Origin: Lophium mytilinum
Taxonomy: Eukaryota
Reading direction: 5' to 3'
NCBI GenBank assembly: GCA_010093605.1
Contig: MU004187.1
Coordinates: forward strand, 1,912,882-1,976,881
Length of the DNA stretch: 64,000 nucleotides
The notes below the pieces were generated by a model that was not told the origin of the DNA, searched no databases, and saw only the letters and a program-made list of their open reading frames with translations. Positions 24,340-37,597 of the stretch are shown here, one piece after another. Numbering within the stretch: the first letter of the stretch is position 1; each line of letters opens with the position of its first letter. The position numbers were made by a program, and so were the translations under genes.

Positions 24340-26380
24340 ATGGGCTCCATTACCGACATCATCACGGCGAGTAGCTCTGTGGCTCTCCGCGCGAGCATCT
24401 ACATCTTCTTGCGATGGGTACACAACATCTCTCCTAGAACACAACATTGTAATGCTAACAATTGAATTTAGATACCAACAAGCGTTAGTAGTAGTTCATA
24501 GCGTCATCCTATCCTACTTCATGAAGTAACCAGTAGCTCCCAGATCGTACCACCACTTGGCACCGCACTCTTCCTCGTCTACGTGACCTCCTTCTTCATC
24601 AGCTTCCGGGACACAGCTCACTTCAAAGTCTTGTCCGACGAGATCGATATTATCGTCAAAGAGACTGTAGGCCAAGGGGACAGCTCCTCGGAAGATCTCG
24701 AACTCCTCGACGGGGCTGATGATGGACCCCTCGAGGAGCTGGACGTGCAGGAGACAATCACATATGAGGAGAGGGAGCCAAAGATATGGAGAACGCTCCT
24801 CACAGGCCTCCCAAGCCCGTCGTCCGCGTTCTGGAGCTGGATTACATTCGGCATAAACCTCGCGCTGGTCGCAATGGCTCTGGACCTAACATACCACGCT
24901 CCGCTCCTCCACAAGGCGCACGATCTTTCCTTCGCACGCGTCGGATACGTCTCAGATACCACCGCCCATTTCCTCATCCGAGAACCCGCTGCTAAAGATG
25001 TCCGCGTTCTCTACCGCTCCGACGACACCTCCACCTGGACCTCCCGCCTCGCAACAACCCACCACAAACCGCACATGTGGCTCTCCAACGACACCGACTT
25101 CACCACTACCGTCACTCTCACCCGCCTAACCCCAGACACGTCTTACGAGTACTCCGTTTCCACCTCCTCTCAAAACCAGTCAGGAACCTTCCTAACAGCC
25201 CCCCGCCTGGGCCACATCTCCGGCAAGAACGACGACAAATACACCTTCCTCCACTCTAGCTGCATAAAACCCCGCTTCCCCTACTCCCCGTTCGCTCACC
25301 CCCTCCACTTCCCTGGATTCGAGCACCTCGCAGCTTGGATCCCACGCCTCAAACCCTACTTCATGCTCTTCCTTGGCGACTTCATATACGTCGACGTGCC
25401 CTACCAACTCGGTAAAGACGTCGAGACCTTCCGCGCCGAGTACCGCCGCGTGTACGCCTCGCCGGACTGGCCTGCTGTCTCAGAGAACCTACCCTGGATC
25501 CACGTGATCGACGACCATGAGATCCAGAACGACTGGGACAAGAACACGACGGGGGTGTATGCGCAGGCGTACGATCCGTTCAGACATTACCAGGTGGCTG
25601 TGAATCCGCCGGCTGTGCGGAAGGAGGCGACGTATTCAAGTTTTGCGCAGGGGCTGGCGGAGTTCTTTTTGATGGATACGAGGAGGTATAGGTCTGGTGA
25701 GTCGTCGAATGGGACGGATCCGAGCAAGACGATGCTGGGAGACCAGCAGGTTGAGGAGTTGCTGAGGTGGATCAAGAAGCCAACGCCGAGGGGTGTACAT
25801 TGGAAGATTCTGGTGTCGAGTATTCCGTTTACCAAGAACTGGCAGTTTGGGTATGAGGACACGTGGGGTGGGTATTTGGTTGAGCGGCAGAAGCTGCTCG
25901 AGGCAATGTGGGATGTAGGTGCGGAGGGCGGAGTAGGCTTCGTGGTGCTCAGTGGTGATAGGCACGAGTTTGCTGCGACGTCGTTCCCGCCGCCGAAGGG
26001 AGGGAAGTGGCCGATTAGTGCGACGGTGCATGAGTTCAGTACGAGCCCGTTGAGTATGTTCTATCTGCCTGTTAGGACATATGGGGAGATCGATGAGGGA
26101 GATGTTTGTATAAAGTAAGTTGCGATTTTGTTCTACTGTCCTGTCAATCACTTGAAAGCATTTCTCTCGTCCTTCCAAGTCTTTTACTAACTTTGACAGA
26201 TACCTCCCGGATGGCAATACCAAGTTTGGCGCCATCGAGCTTACGTCTCCCACCTCGAGCGAGCAGAGCCATCTCAACTACCGCCTCTTTATCGACGGAA
26301 AGGAGGTCTGGAGTCACGCGATCACGACGCCGCCCTTGAAGAGTGGAACTCACCGGGCTAAGGATGCTGTTTGGGGTTAG
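24340..26380 (+). CDS. PhoD-family alkaline phosphatase-like membrane protein
   Basis: LFLGDFIYVD, DDHEIQND, DTRRYR and LSGDRHE motifs; N-terminal TM segments; 12-nt microexon 24472-24483; last exon ends DAVWG*. Confidence 0.9.
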
Positions 26381-26586
26381 TCAGAGATAAGGGGGTGTAC
26401 AATACCTGGGATGGGAAATAATCTTGCATAACGAACTGTCAATTGAGCGTGGAGTCTGGATGGATGGACTCACTGCTTGCAGATTAGGAAAGGCACATGT
26501 TATGAATAGGACTGAAGCAAACCAGATGTGAGTTGTATAGTGGCCATTAGCTGTATAATTGAACGACACAAAATATGCTGCTAAAG

Positions 26587-28035
26587 CTATCCCCACTTCC
26601 TCCGACATCTCTCCTCGTCCTCTTTCGTCCACTGTCTGGGTAACACTGCAAATACGAGATACGACGTATGCGTCTTCAACTCCGGCTCCGTCCGATGCAG
26701 CAGTCTCCCCTCTTTGAAAAGGTTGCGACTCTCTGCCGCTGCTTGTATGCTTTCCAACCGCTGCTGCTTGGTCATCTTTCGTTTTCCTTTACCACTGTCC
26801 TCTTTCCCCTTGTCCTTGCTATCATCCTCATCTTCTTTCTGCGAATTGTGGAAGGCTTTGAACCGCCCTTCCACTTCTCTTAATTTCTTCACTGCTTCCT
26901 CTACTGTTGCAGCACTCGCGTTCGCTCCTCGAAGACCCTCTTCCGCGAGCCCAACCCGCTCCCGCCGCACATCGATGCGGTGGTGTTGAAGTTCGGACAT
27001 TGTGATCTCGACCCACCCTAACTGCCTCATTGCAGTGATTGTGCGTTGTACTTGCTCGATGCACGGACTAAATGTGCATATTCGTGTTGTAGATTTCGGA
27101 TTTAATGGAGAAGTGAAACTAGTAGACGGCGTAGAAGGCGTATGAGGTGTCGATGATTCGAGAGAATTAAGCGTAGACGCAGAGAGAGCGGATCGGGTCA
27201 AGTGTTTTAAGGCGAGCCATGGAGCTGGCAGATCGAGGAAGATGCAATCAGCGGCTGGTTCCGAAGGCGATTCAGGTAAACAGAAGCCTTCATTGTAGAC
27301 ATCACGGTTGGTGACACGGACAACGGAGGAGAGGCCGTGCTCAGCAATTTCGGAGGTGAGCTGTACAGCTCGGGGCTCATGGAATTCGAAGCTGTACACT
27401 TTCCCAAGTCGAACTGGTTTCTTGGGAGGCGAAGCCCCATTCGCTGGTGAAGGTTCTGGGGGTGTTGAATCCGCGTCTGGATACCCATTGAATACAGCAC
27501 GAGCTGCTGCATGAGTAAAAGAGCCACTACCTGCTCCGGCTTCGATTATATGGTCCCCCGGCCGTGCTCGTAGCTTTTGCAGTATGTAGCTGTAGTCCGG
27601 TGTGTAGACCACTTGCGTCCGGTGTGGAAGTGAGAGCGTCCATGCTTCTGGCGTAGGTGGGACCAGATGGATAAATCCACTCTTTGCAGCTTCAGCTGCC
27701 TGGCTTTTCCCTCCTTTGAATCCCTCGCCGTCAGCCTCGACATCCTTTGGGGTGTCTCCGCCCTCGCGCTTGCGCTTCTTGCCTCGTCCTCCCCTCGACC
27801 CAGTGTCCACATTCGAGGCAAGAATTTGGCTGCCCCATGGCTGGTCGATAAGCGTGCTGTGTGGGAAAGATCCAAAACGCGTGTTTGCTACTTTGCCCTC
27901 GGCGTAGTCGGTCTCGGAGGTGGGAGGGGCATTGTCGAGGACGGTAGGTATCAGCATGTCACGCTTCAGGTGGAGCAGGGCTAGACTGTTCGCAGACGAG
28001 GTAGCCCCCGGGTCGAGGAAGGGTGAGGGAGCCAT
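26587..28035 (-). CDS. TRM61: tRNA (adenine-58-N1)-methyltransferase catalytic subunit
   Basis: LPHRTQVVYTPD, IEAGAGSGSFTHA, FEFHE, FLDLPAPW, FSPCIEQV and THTSYLVFA motifs. Confidence 0.95.
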   Translation of the reverse strand: MAPSPFLDPGATSSANSLALLHLKRDMLIPTVLDNAPPTSETDYAEGKVANTRFGSFPHSTLIDQPWGSQILASNVDTGSRGGRGKKRKREGGDTPKDVEADGEGFKGGKSQAAEAAKSGFIHLVPPTPEAWTLSLPHRTQVVYTPDYSYILQKLRARPGDHIIEAGAGSGSFTHAAARAVFNGYPDADSTPPEPSPANGASPPKKPVRLGKVYSFEFHEPRAVQLTSEIAEHGLSSVVRVTNRDVYNEGFCLPESPSEPAADCIFLDLPAPWLALKHLTRSALSASTLNSLESSTPHTPSTPSTSFTSPLNPKSTTRICTFSPCIEQVQRTITAMRQLGWVEITMSELQHHRIDVRRERVGLAEEGLRGANASAATVEEAVKKLREVEGRFKAFHNSQKEDEDDSKDKGKEDSGKGKRKMTKQQRLESIQAAAESRNLFKEGRLLHRTEPELKTHTSYLVFAVLPRQWTKEDEERCRRKWG

Positions 28036-28235
28036 TGTGGTGCTGTACAATTCGTTGGAGCATGCAATGTAACTTAGTCCTTGATTTCGTGAATTGAAGC
28101 TGAAGCTCGAAATTTTGGCGGGGAGCTTGGCGGGCGACAGGGGTCCTTTCACGAACACGGACGCAACATGAGGCTGTTGTGTTTGACTCATTCAGCGCAA
28201 ACGATATATCCCCTCCTTACCCTCGTTTCCCGTTG

Positions 28236-30802
28236 ATGCTGTTCATCCTTCGCAGCCCATTCCGACTGCGCATTTTTCTGCGAACAGCCCGCACTATGGC
28301 CACTACTACTCGCCAGCAACCGCCGTGGCAAGCGCCCCAGCCCACCTCGACGCCGAAGCTGAAAGTCTACAACTCGCTCACCAGGTCAAAGAACGACTTC
28401 GTTCCCCTCAAAGAGGATGGGGTGACATGGTACAGCTGTGGCCCGACTGTGTACGACGATGCGCATCTGGGACACGCCCGCAATTATGTTAGCATAGATA
28501 TACTGCGAAGAATAGTGTCAAATTACTTCAACTACCCCCTCCAATTTGTCCAAAATGTTACCGATGTCGACGACAAGATCATACTACGAGGACGCCAGCA
28601 GCATCTTCTGGAATCATTCTCCTCCGAGCACACGACTCTCGACACCGAAGTCGTTGAACTAGCAACCAAAGCGTTCAATGCCTACGTGCAAAAGAATCTA
28701 CCTGAATTACCTGCCGACCTGAAACCGGAGTTGTTCGATCTCGAGGCGAACAAAACATACAAATCAGTGCTGGCTGGGAAGTCGCTGGCTGGAGATAATG
28801 CCCCGGCTGGAGACACAGAAGCAAAAGTCAAGATGCACCTGAAAACGGCAGGCTCGGCAGCTGGAGCTTTAGTGGAGGCTGCGAAAGATTCAAAGGCATT
28901 GGAGGTTGAGGAGTTCTACACTCAGACACAGGACGCCTTGCTTCCCTACTTAGATTCTTTGTATGGCTCGAAGATCGATGCTTCGGATCACAGCATCTTC
29001 ACCAAGCTCACGCAAAAGTATGAGGCACGATTTATGGAAGACATGCGAAATTTGAACGTGCTGGAGCCGGACGTGATTACTAGGGTGACGGAGTTTGGTC
29101 CTCAGATTATCAAGTACGTGGAAAAGATATTGGACAACGGATTCGCCTACGTCACATCGGACGGGAGCATCTACTTTGATATCAAGGCCTTTGAGGGAAA
29201 GCCGGGGAATCATTACGCGAGACTGGAGCCGTGGAATCGCAATGATCAGAGCCTATTGGCAGACGGCGAAGGAGCGCTATTGAAGAAGTCCAGTGAGAAG
29301 AAAAGCGACGGCGACTTTGCAATCTGGAAAGCGTCAAAACCAGGAGAGCCGTCATGGCCGAGTCCGTGGGGTCCAGGGCGGCCGGGTTGGCATATTGAGG
29401 TATGGAGTAAACATGGATTTAAACCGATCAGAGGGCTAACTCACATACAGTGCAGCGTGATGGCCAGCGACGTATTGGGCGCGAACATTGACGTGCATTC
29501 TGGCGGCATTGACCTTTGCTTCCCTCACCACGACAGTGAGTCATATCGATTCTGCCGGTTCACGAACACTATTAACACTCCATAGACGAACTAGCACAAG
29601 CCGAGGCATACTGGTCCACTGGAAAGCCAGAAGGACACCAATGGATTAGGTACTTCTTGCATATGGGGCATCTTAGCATTTCTGGGTCCAAGATGTCAAA
29701 GTCTTTGAAAAACTTCACCACTATCCGGGATGCTCTGGGCACAGGTGACTTTAATGCGAGAGGCTTGCGTATCATCTTCCTCCTGGGAGGCTGGAATCAG
29801 GGTGTAGAAATTACGGAGGGCCTACGGAAGCAAGCGACCAGCTGGGAACGATATCTGGACAACTTCTTTCGAAAAGCCCTGGATGTGCAGAGACATCCAA
29901 CCAACAACGCCGCTACAGACCAAGACACCCAACTCCGCGAAGCACTAGCGACTGCTCAATCCACTCTCCACAATGCTCTCAGCGACTCCTTTGATACTCC
30001 TGCTGCCATGATAGCGATCCAAAAGCTTGTCACTGAATATAACGCCACCGACCGCACTAGTGTCACAGATGATACTCTTATCGACGTCGCGAAATGGATC
30101 ACGCGTATTGTACGAATCTTCGGCTTGGACGGGACGGCCGACCCCTATAATAGTACCCTTGCGTGGTCTGGCGTCGAGATCCCTGAGGCCGCTAAAGAAT
30201 TCATCTATGCTGCCAGTCGTGAGCGCGATGAAGTACGAGCCCATGCCATAGCCAGGGATCTCTCAGATGAGACGCTTAATACCATCATCTCGAAGGACAC
30301 GGCGACGAAGCTGCAGGATGCTGCTGCTGTGCCATATGCTGAAGTACTTACGTCCTTCCAAGAATCGTTGAAGGAGCTCGCGCAGAGAAAAGCAGATCCG
30401 AAGGAGTTCTTGGACCTCTGTGACAAACTTCGGGATATTTCTCTCTGGGATCTGGGCATCTACCTGGAGGACCGTGAAGGGTTGCATGCGTTAGTCCGGC
30501 CGGTAGATGCGGAACTCAGGGCAGCGCGTGAGCAGAAAGAGGAGCGAGAACGTGCGAAGAAAGACGCCAAGGCAAAACGGGAAGCAGACGAGAAAGAAAA
30601 GGCAGCGAAAAGGCTAGAAGCGGGCAAGGTGAGTGAGAGAGACTATTTCCGAACGCCCGAGTATAGTGTGTGGGATGAGGACGGCTTGCCAACGAAGGAC
30701 GCCAAGGGGGAGGAGCTGCCAAAGTCCAAAGCGAAGAAGCTGAAGAAGGAGTGGGCACAGCAGAAAAAGCTGCATGAGGAGTGGCTTGCTAGCCAGGGCT
30801 AG
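28236..30802 (+). CDS. Cysteinyl-tRNA synthetase
   Basis: WYSCGPTVYDDAHLGHARNY (HIGH), GRPGWHIE|CS, GGIDLCFPHH and KMSKS motifs; introns at ~29400-29450 and ~29536-29585; second in-frame ATG at 28296. Confidence 0.96.
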
Positions 30803-31479
30803 TGGGTGAGTAGATGCTTAGCGGATCATTGTGCGGCGTCTGGAGTTTGTTGGGACCGATGGGAAAAGCATTCGAATGGGTATGGGGTTTGTAGGCTTGC
30901 TGCTGTGGCTAGTGTGGGAATGGTTATCCACTTTCAAAGATAGACCTTCGTGCTGTCGTCTTGAAGCGGCGTGGTCAGGATCAGGTAGAGGAGTTATAAA
31001 GATGCTAATGATAGCAAGATGTGTAACCGCAAGAACACTGTATTGCCTATAGACTCTGATCTTGGGACAGAGTGCCCTTGACCGTGGCAAATACCTTCAT
31101 CTCGTTGAACGACCTAGACCGGTGAGTTGACCTATGTGATGCTCTTGAAATAGGCAAAGTCACGGGAAATCGTAGCCCCGGTATTCGCCTCACTCTGATT
31201 GGCCGGGCGAAGATAAGTAGTGCTGCTGGCCGGCGCTTCTCCGAACGACCTGCAGGTGCAAACAGGCAACCAGAAACATCTGCCCTTCTCCCCGCCTCCT
31301 CCACCATCGACTGACATTAATCAATTCATCCTGTCCTCCTCCCCACTGTCCATTGACACCGGCACTGCAATCCGGCCCATTGGATCACCAGCAATGTGCT
31401 GCCAACACTGAACTCAACATCCTCTTGATCACGCACAAACCGGCGGGGTCTTCAAAAAATTTCAAAAATCACAGTGATC

Positions 31480-34400
31480 ATGGCTGATATCGTCCCGATG
31501 GATGAGCTCGACGAAGATACCGTCACGCAGGCAACGTCTGTGCTGTCATGGTACGAGAGCCAGGTTCGTGCGCGGCGGGTTGATATCGTAGGCGATTACG
31601 CCGGCAAGGAGCTTTTCCTGATTGAGGGAGACTCGGTCCTCCTAAACAGCTTCAGTGACCCGAAGCTAGACTTTGAAGGTATTGGTAGCCATCGAGAATT
31701 CTTTGAGCTCCCCATGCTAACTTTCATCGGTAAGATGGGTTCCAAATGCTCCATGCAGCATACGCCGTGGAAGCGTTTCTACGGGGATTAGTGACTCGAA
31801 AATGCAACTTCCACATTGTTTTCTTCGAACAAAACCGGGAACTTTGCATACCTCCTGGCTGCTCGGAATCTAGCCGCGAGAAGTTCCTTCTTGCTCGGGC
31901 GACCATCATCCGACATCTTTTGGTCAACCTGAAGGAGACATGCCCCGATATCGAGGTCCATCTATTCGATTCCTTTCATGGCGACGATTTTAGTGAGTAT
32001 CTAGAGGCCACCGATTTGTACTTTGTGCTTTGCCATGACGGAGCTTCTCCGTTTGTGACTAAGCAAAAGGCTCTTCGGAGCGCTCACAAGATCAAAGACC
32101 ATGTCAAGGATGAGTCGGATGACATCGAACATGTGCACAGCAAGACAATGCTCCGGTCGATGATATTCTGGTTCATCAAGAAGGGCTACAATGCTGCTCT
32201 CGTCAACGGCTTAGAATGGCGAGACACGAAGGTCATTACCGCGATCATCGAAGGATTCAAGCACAAGATGCCGGAAAGCCTATCCATCCCGTTGGTTGAC
32301 TCAAGTGGCCTAACACCCAACACTTACGACACGACAGCAGACAAAGAAGCTCTCGCTACGATCAGCAAAAAGTACGGATCTGAGTTTGACGAACGAGACT
32401 ACCTAGCCGTCCTGGTTACCAGCAAAATGCTAACTACAGATGAAAAGCTCTCTGATCTAGCGGCAACATTCCTTCTACACGTTGCTCTCCTCGCCCAAAG
32501 CCCGTTGTCTGAACGCCGGGTTAAGCAGATCGACCCGAGCGAGGCATCCATCGCATTCTTGACGGAGTTCTGCCATCAAGCGGGATTGGTGTTAGGGTCA
32601 AACTTTTGGCAATCCCAGGAAGATTCGATCGGCAACGAATGTAACGTTGCGGATCTTGTTGATGGCAGAATCTTCAACGCCTGTCTGCTGAATGGGAGCA
32701 TCGAAAATGTACCGAGACTAGCGAAGCTCCTCGACGCCGTAGAACTAGTCTGTGGCATAAAACTGTCGGTCAAGGCTTCGAAGGCTAGTTCCAACGGAAA
32801 TGCACTATCCTCCAATGGCAAACCGACAGAGGGCACCAAGCCATGGGCCGTCCTACCATTCACGAACCCGGTGTTCGATGCTCATCTATCCGCCATCACC
32901 CTTTTGACCGAGAGGACTACGGGATCAAGTTACAACAGCACTTCTGCTAAGATCTTCCGAGAGATGACCCATTGGCACAATAGCAAGAGGCCTATAGATC
33001 CTAAGCTCACCCCAGAACAGGAGCTGCGCAACAAAAAGAAAGCTCTCTTCGTTGCCAAACGCAATCAATGGTTCATGGCTGAAATGATGGCTTACGCAGC
33101 CAGCTTGACCAATGCTATAGGAAAGATTCTAGATCCTGAAATCATCACGACGGGCCCAAAGTCCAAGTCTGCACCAGCAGTTGTTGCCGACACCACGAAT
33201 GCGAAACAGTCTGGAAAGCAGGCACCAAAGCCAGCGGCAACCCAGAACCAGAAGAATCCCAAGAAAGGAGGGAAAGCGAAGGGGGGCAAGCAAGCGATTA
33301 TGGATGAAATCGCTGCAGCAAGAACTAAGAAGGAAGAAGGTACCTCGGAAAAGTTGATTCAAGGCTGGAAGACAACGTGCAAGGCGTTCGAGGCGGAAGC
33401 AACCCCGGTTGCGCGATTCCAGAAAGCAAAACACTACCTATCCACCTTGAACACTGACATCAAACGCTCAGTCCTTAGCGCTGAGGTCCAAGTTTACATG
33501 CTAAACACGTTGTTGGATATGTGGATCACGGTTACAAAAGAGAACCGGAAAATAGAATCGCTTCCTATTGCGGCGATGATATTCCACGCTATCACAAAAC
33601 TCTCGACTATGTCGACTGGGATTACCAAAACTATTGCGAGCTACCTGAAGCTTGTCATCAAGTCTTTGGCGTTACCCCAGGTCGAACTGCCACCCCCAGA
33701 TGGCGACAGGACTTTGGCTTTCAGCCTTGTTCTCAACGATACCGTCACACTGGATCTATCGATTCAAGTTTCGCCACAGGACTTCCAGCTTCTGCACTAC
33801 GGGCCGTACTTCGATAGAAGCATCGATTCGGCACCCGATCCCAGAGTACCCTTCGAACCAGACGGATGGCAGAGAAAGGTTCTTGATGAGATTGATGCCC
33901 GCCGTAGCCTTCTGGTGGTAGCCCCGACCTCGGCCGGTAAAACCTTCATCTCGTTCTACGCCATGAAGCAAGTTCTAGAGTCGAATGATGACGATGTTCT
34001 TGTTTACGTTGCTCCCACTAAAGCTTTAGTCAATCAAATTGCCGCTGAAGTCCAGGCACGGTTCTCGAAATCTTTCAAGTACCCAGGGAAATCAGTTTGG
34101 GGTATACACACCCGCGATTACCGAATCAACAACCCAACTGGCTGTCAGATTTTGGTCACGGTGCCCCACATTCTCCAAATCATGCTTCTCGCACCGAGCA
34201 ACGCGAACGGATGGTCAAAGAGGGTCAAGCGAATCATCTTTGATGAAGTCCATTGTATTGGCCAAGCCGAGGATGGTATCGTCTGGGAGCAGCTTCTGCT
34301 GCTAGCACCGTGCCCTATCATCGCCCTCTCTGCGACGATCGGTAACCCCAAAGAATTCAATGAATGGCTCTTGTCGACGCAAAAGGCTCTCGGTAATGAC

Positions 34401-37080
34401 CTAACAATGGTCTCACATCCTCACAGATACTCAGATCTTCGCAAATTCGTTTATACTCCACCTAGGACTTTCAACTTCCAAAGCTTGACAGACAAGCCCG
34501 TGTTTGGGCATCTGGGTCTCGATGAAACTCCAGGATTTACCTTCATGCATCCGATCGCAAGTCTGGTGAACAAGTAAGCGCGGGATAGTCTACGGTGTTA
34601 GGAAACAGTGCTAATTGAGATGTAACAGATCCCGTGGCATGCCCGAGGACCTCAGTTTCGAGGCTCGTGATTGCCTGACTCTATGGACATCGATGAATCG
34701 CCAGGCGAATCAGAAGTATCCCTTAGATGAGTCTCTGTCGCCATCTAATATGATGCCGAAGCTTATAAAGAAGCTCGATATTATCAAGTGGGAGCAAGGT
34801 CTTAAGAAAGTATTGCGGAGCTGGCTTACTGACAGTGCCTCTCCCTTTGATGCTGTGATGAAGGACCTAGGAGATACATTCCATTCTACGGGTCTTGTGC
34901 AGCATGCAACCGCTGGAGACCAATCAGGAACGCCTGTGGACCCATTTAACATCAAGTCAACGACTTTGCCGTTGCTTGTGGCTCTACAAGAGCAAGACGC
35001 TTTACCCGCAATTTTCTTCAACTATGACAGAGCGCAGTGTGAGAGTATTTGTAGACACGTTCTCGACCAGCTCAAGGCCTCCGAAGATAAATGGAAAGAT
35101 TCTAGCCCCAAGTGGAAGAAAAAGCTCGCAGACTGGGACGCTTGGAAAAAGAGCATGGCCAAGATAGGCAAGAAAGGTGTTCCTAAGCTATCGAAAAAGA
35201 GAGATGTCGAAGAGGGAGTTTCTAAAGAAGATCTGATGAAAGATGCTGCAAGTGCAGACGTCAGTCCTTGGGCATCTTTTGAGCCTGATAACCCTGTGGA
35301 AGGGTTCACTTTCGCAGACAACAAAAAGATCCTGCCCTCCGAGCTAGGGATCTACATGCGCCAACTCTTCATCCGTGACCTTCCGGAATGGCAGTCCGAG
35401 TCCCTCAAGCGGGGTATTGGAGTTCATCACGCTGGTATGAACAGGAAATATCGACAAGTCGTAGAAATGCTCTTCCGAAAGGGCTACCTACGCGTCATTA
35501 TTGCTACTGGCACTTTAGCTCTTGGTATCAACATGCCTTGCAAGACTGTGGTCTTTTCTGGAGACTCTGTGTTCCTCACAGCACTCAATTTCCGCCAAGC
35601 AGCTGGTCGTGCCGGACGTCGTGGCTTCGATATGCTCGGTAATGTAGTTTTCCAAAACATCCCGACGAGCAAAATATGCAGGCTGGTCAGCTCCAAACTT
35701 CCTGACTTGAACGGACACTTCCCCATCACCACCACTCTAGTCCTCCGATTGTTCTCCCTGCTACACGAATCGAAGAACTCTCAATTCGCCGTGAGATCTA
35801 TCAACTCTCTACTCTCACAACCACGACTGTACCTCGGAGGAGAGGAATCAAAGATGACAGTACTCCATCATCTTCGTTTCTCCATTGAATACCTCCGGCG
35901 CCAATACCTTCTAGATGCCGCCGGTGCCCCGCTGAACTTTGCAGGTTGCGTTTCGCATCTCTACTTCACTGAGAACTCTGCGTTCGCCTTCCACGCCCTG
36001 CTCAAGGAGGGCTACTTCCATGCTGTTTGTAAAGACATCGAAACCAACCCGGAAGAAGTGTTGCGTACGATAATGCTCACCATGTCACACATATTCGGAC
36101 GGCAGTATTGCCGCCAAGTCGATGCAGAGTTCATCGAAGCCGTCGTCAAGCGGTCGTCCTCTCTGGTCTTCTTACCTTCAATGTCAAAGCTTGCCTCCAG
36201 CATCCTGCGTACTCAGAATGCTCAAACTCTAGACATCTTCACAGCATACGTACGCACATTCGTGGATCAGAACATCAAGGAGCCAGATTGCTTCTTACCA
36301 CTGACACAGCTGCAAGCTGGAGCTAAGCCAGGTGTTTCGAAGAATCCTTTGCCTCATCTGCCCGCTACGAACGTGCGCTCCTCGTTTGTAGCGCTTTCTG
36401 GACACGGAGATGAATTCGAGGATATTCATGACCTCTGCGCGTCTACACGTAGCGGTGTTTTCCTAGAGGAGGCGGTGATCCCTTACGTCGGTCTCTACCC
36501 CGATGAGTTGGATATCCCGTTGAACGCCTACCTGTACGACTTCTTCATGAATGGCGACGTGAACGCTGTGGTCACTGCAAACGGCATCCGGAGAGGCGAT
36601 ATCTGGTTCTTCCTCAATGACTTCAGTCTTGTGTTGGCGACTATTGTCACCAGCTTCTCCAACTATATGAAGCTATCTGCGGATGCGGACGTCGACCTTG
36701 CTACTGTCATGGGTGGTGGTGATGCCGCAGAAGAAAACAAGGAGGAGCGCGCGATGACGCCTGATCAGTCAGGGAATGCAGCGGCTATGGGAACGACTGG
36801 CGGCTCCGGTGGAAGGTCTGGCAATCAAGCGTCTGGTGGTGCAACTCCTATTGTCCTGCCAACCCGCAGTAGGAAAAAGGTTGTTGATTCGTGGGATACG
36901 GCAGAAGATGCAGAAGCCGCAGCCGACGCCGATGCTGTTGGTAGCGATTGGGACGACGAAGATGATGAGTCTGATGACGATTCGCCAGCATGGGAGGATC
37001 AGGGCCTATTGAAGGTCTTGAAAGCTTTCCAGATGCTCAAGAAAGACTTTGATACGAAATTCAGGGTTATGTGGGCTTAG
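31480..37080 (+). CDS. Large Ski2-like DExH helicase, DDX60-like
   Basis: APTSAGKT, YVAPTKALVNQ, DEVH, LSAT, GIGVHHAG, TGTLALGINMP and QAAGRAGRRG motifs; N-terminal DYAGKELFLIEGDS region; introns at ~31679-31734 and ~34574-34629. Confidence 0.9.
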
Positions 37081-37597
37081 GTGTCGATGTGGTCGCGGTG
37101 GAGCTATGATGTTTGTGATGGTGTTACATCAGTATGGACGGTCCGCATTGATGGCTTTGCAAAGAAAATGGTATGAAGGGACACTGATAGCAAGTTTACA
37201 GTTAGAATTTGGGTAACGATTATGACTTCCGGTACTGTGTTATAGATTAGGAGAAATTGATTGATGCTGTACCCTAAGAATATTAGGGACTAGCATTCAA
37301 AGAAGCCCACTGGGTCACCAGTGAACAAAGAAATTGGAACGTGAATTTATTTCCATTCGGTATGTCCTGAACACTCTTAATCGCTAACTAAACAAGATTT
37401 TGGACCGCCGTGCTCGCCCAGACAGCGCTACTCTATGGAAAATTATAAAGTCCATCTAGGTTTACTATCTGGTGACAAGAAACAAAGAAAATAAACAGGA
37501 AGTCCCTCCAACAAATCGATCGTAGACGTACCTTGACTCTCTATGACCATTACGCTGGACTGACATGCCACAATCCACCGGCTTACTCGTGTGAACC

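Noticed and set aside
28036..28191. N-terminal extensions of the TRM61 and CysRS ORFs that overlap each other
   Set aside because: They come from upstream or non-ATG starts in the ORF track; the conserved sequence begins at 28035 and 28236/28296.
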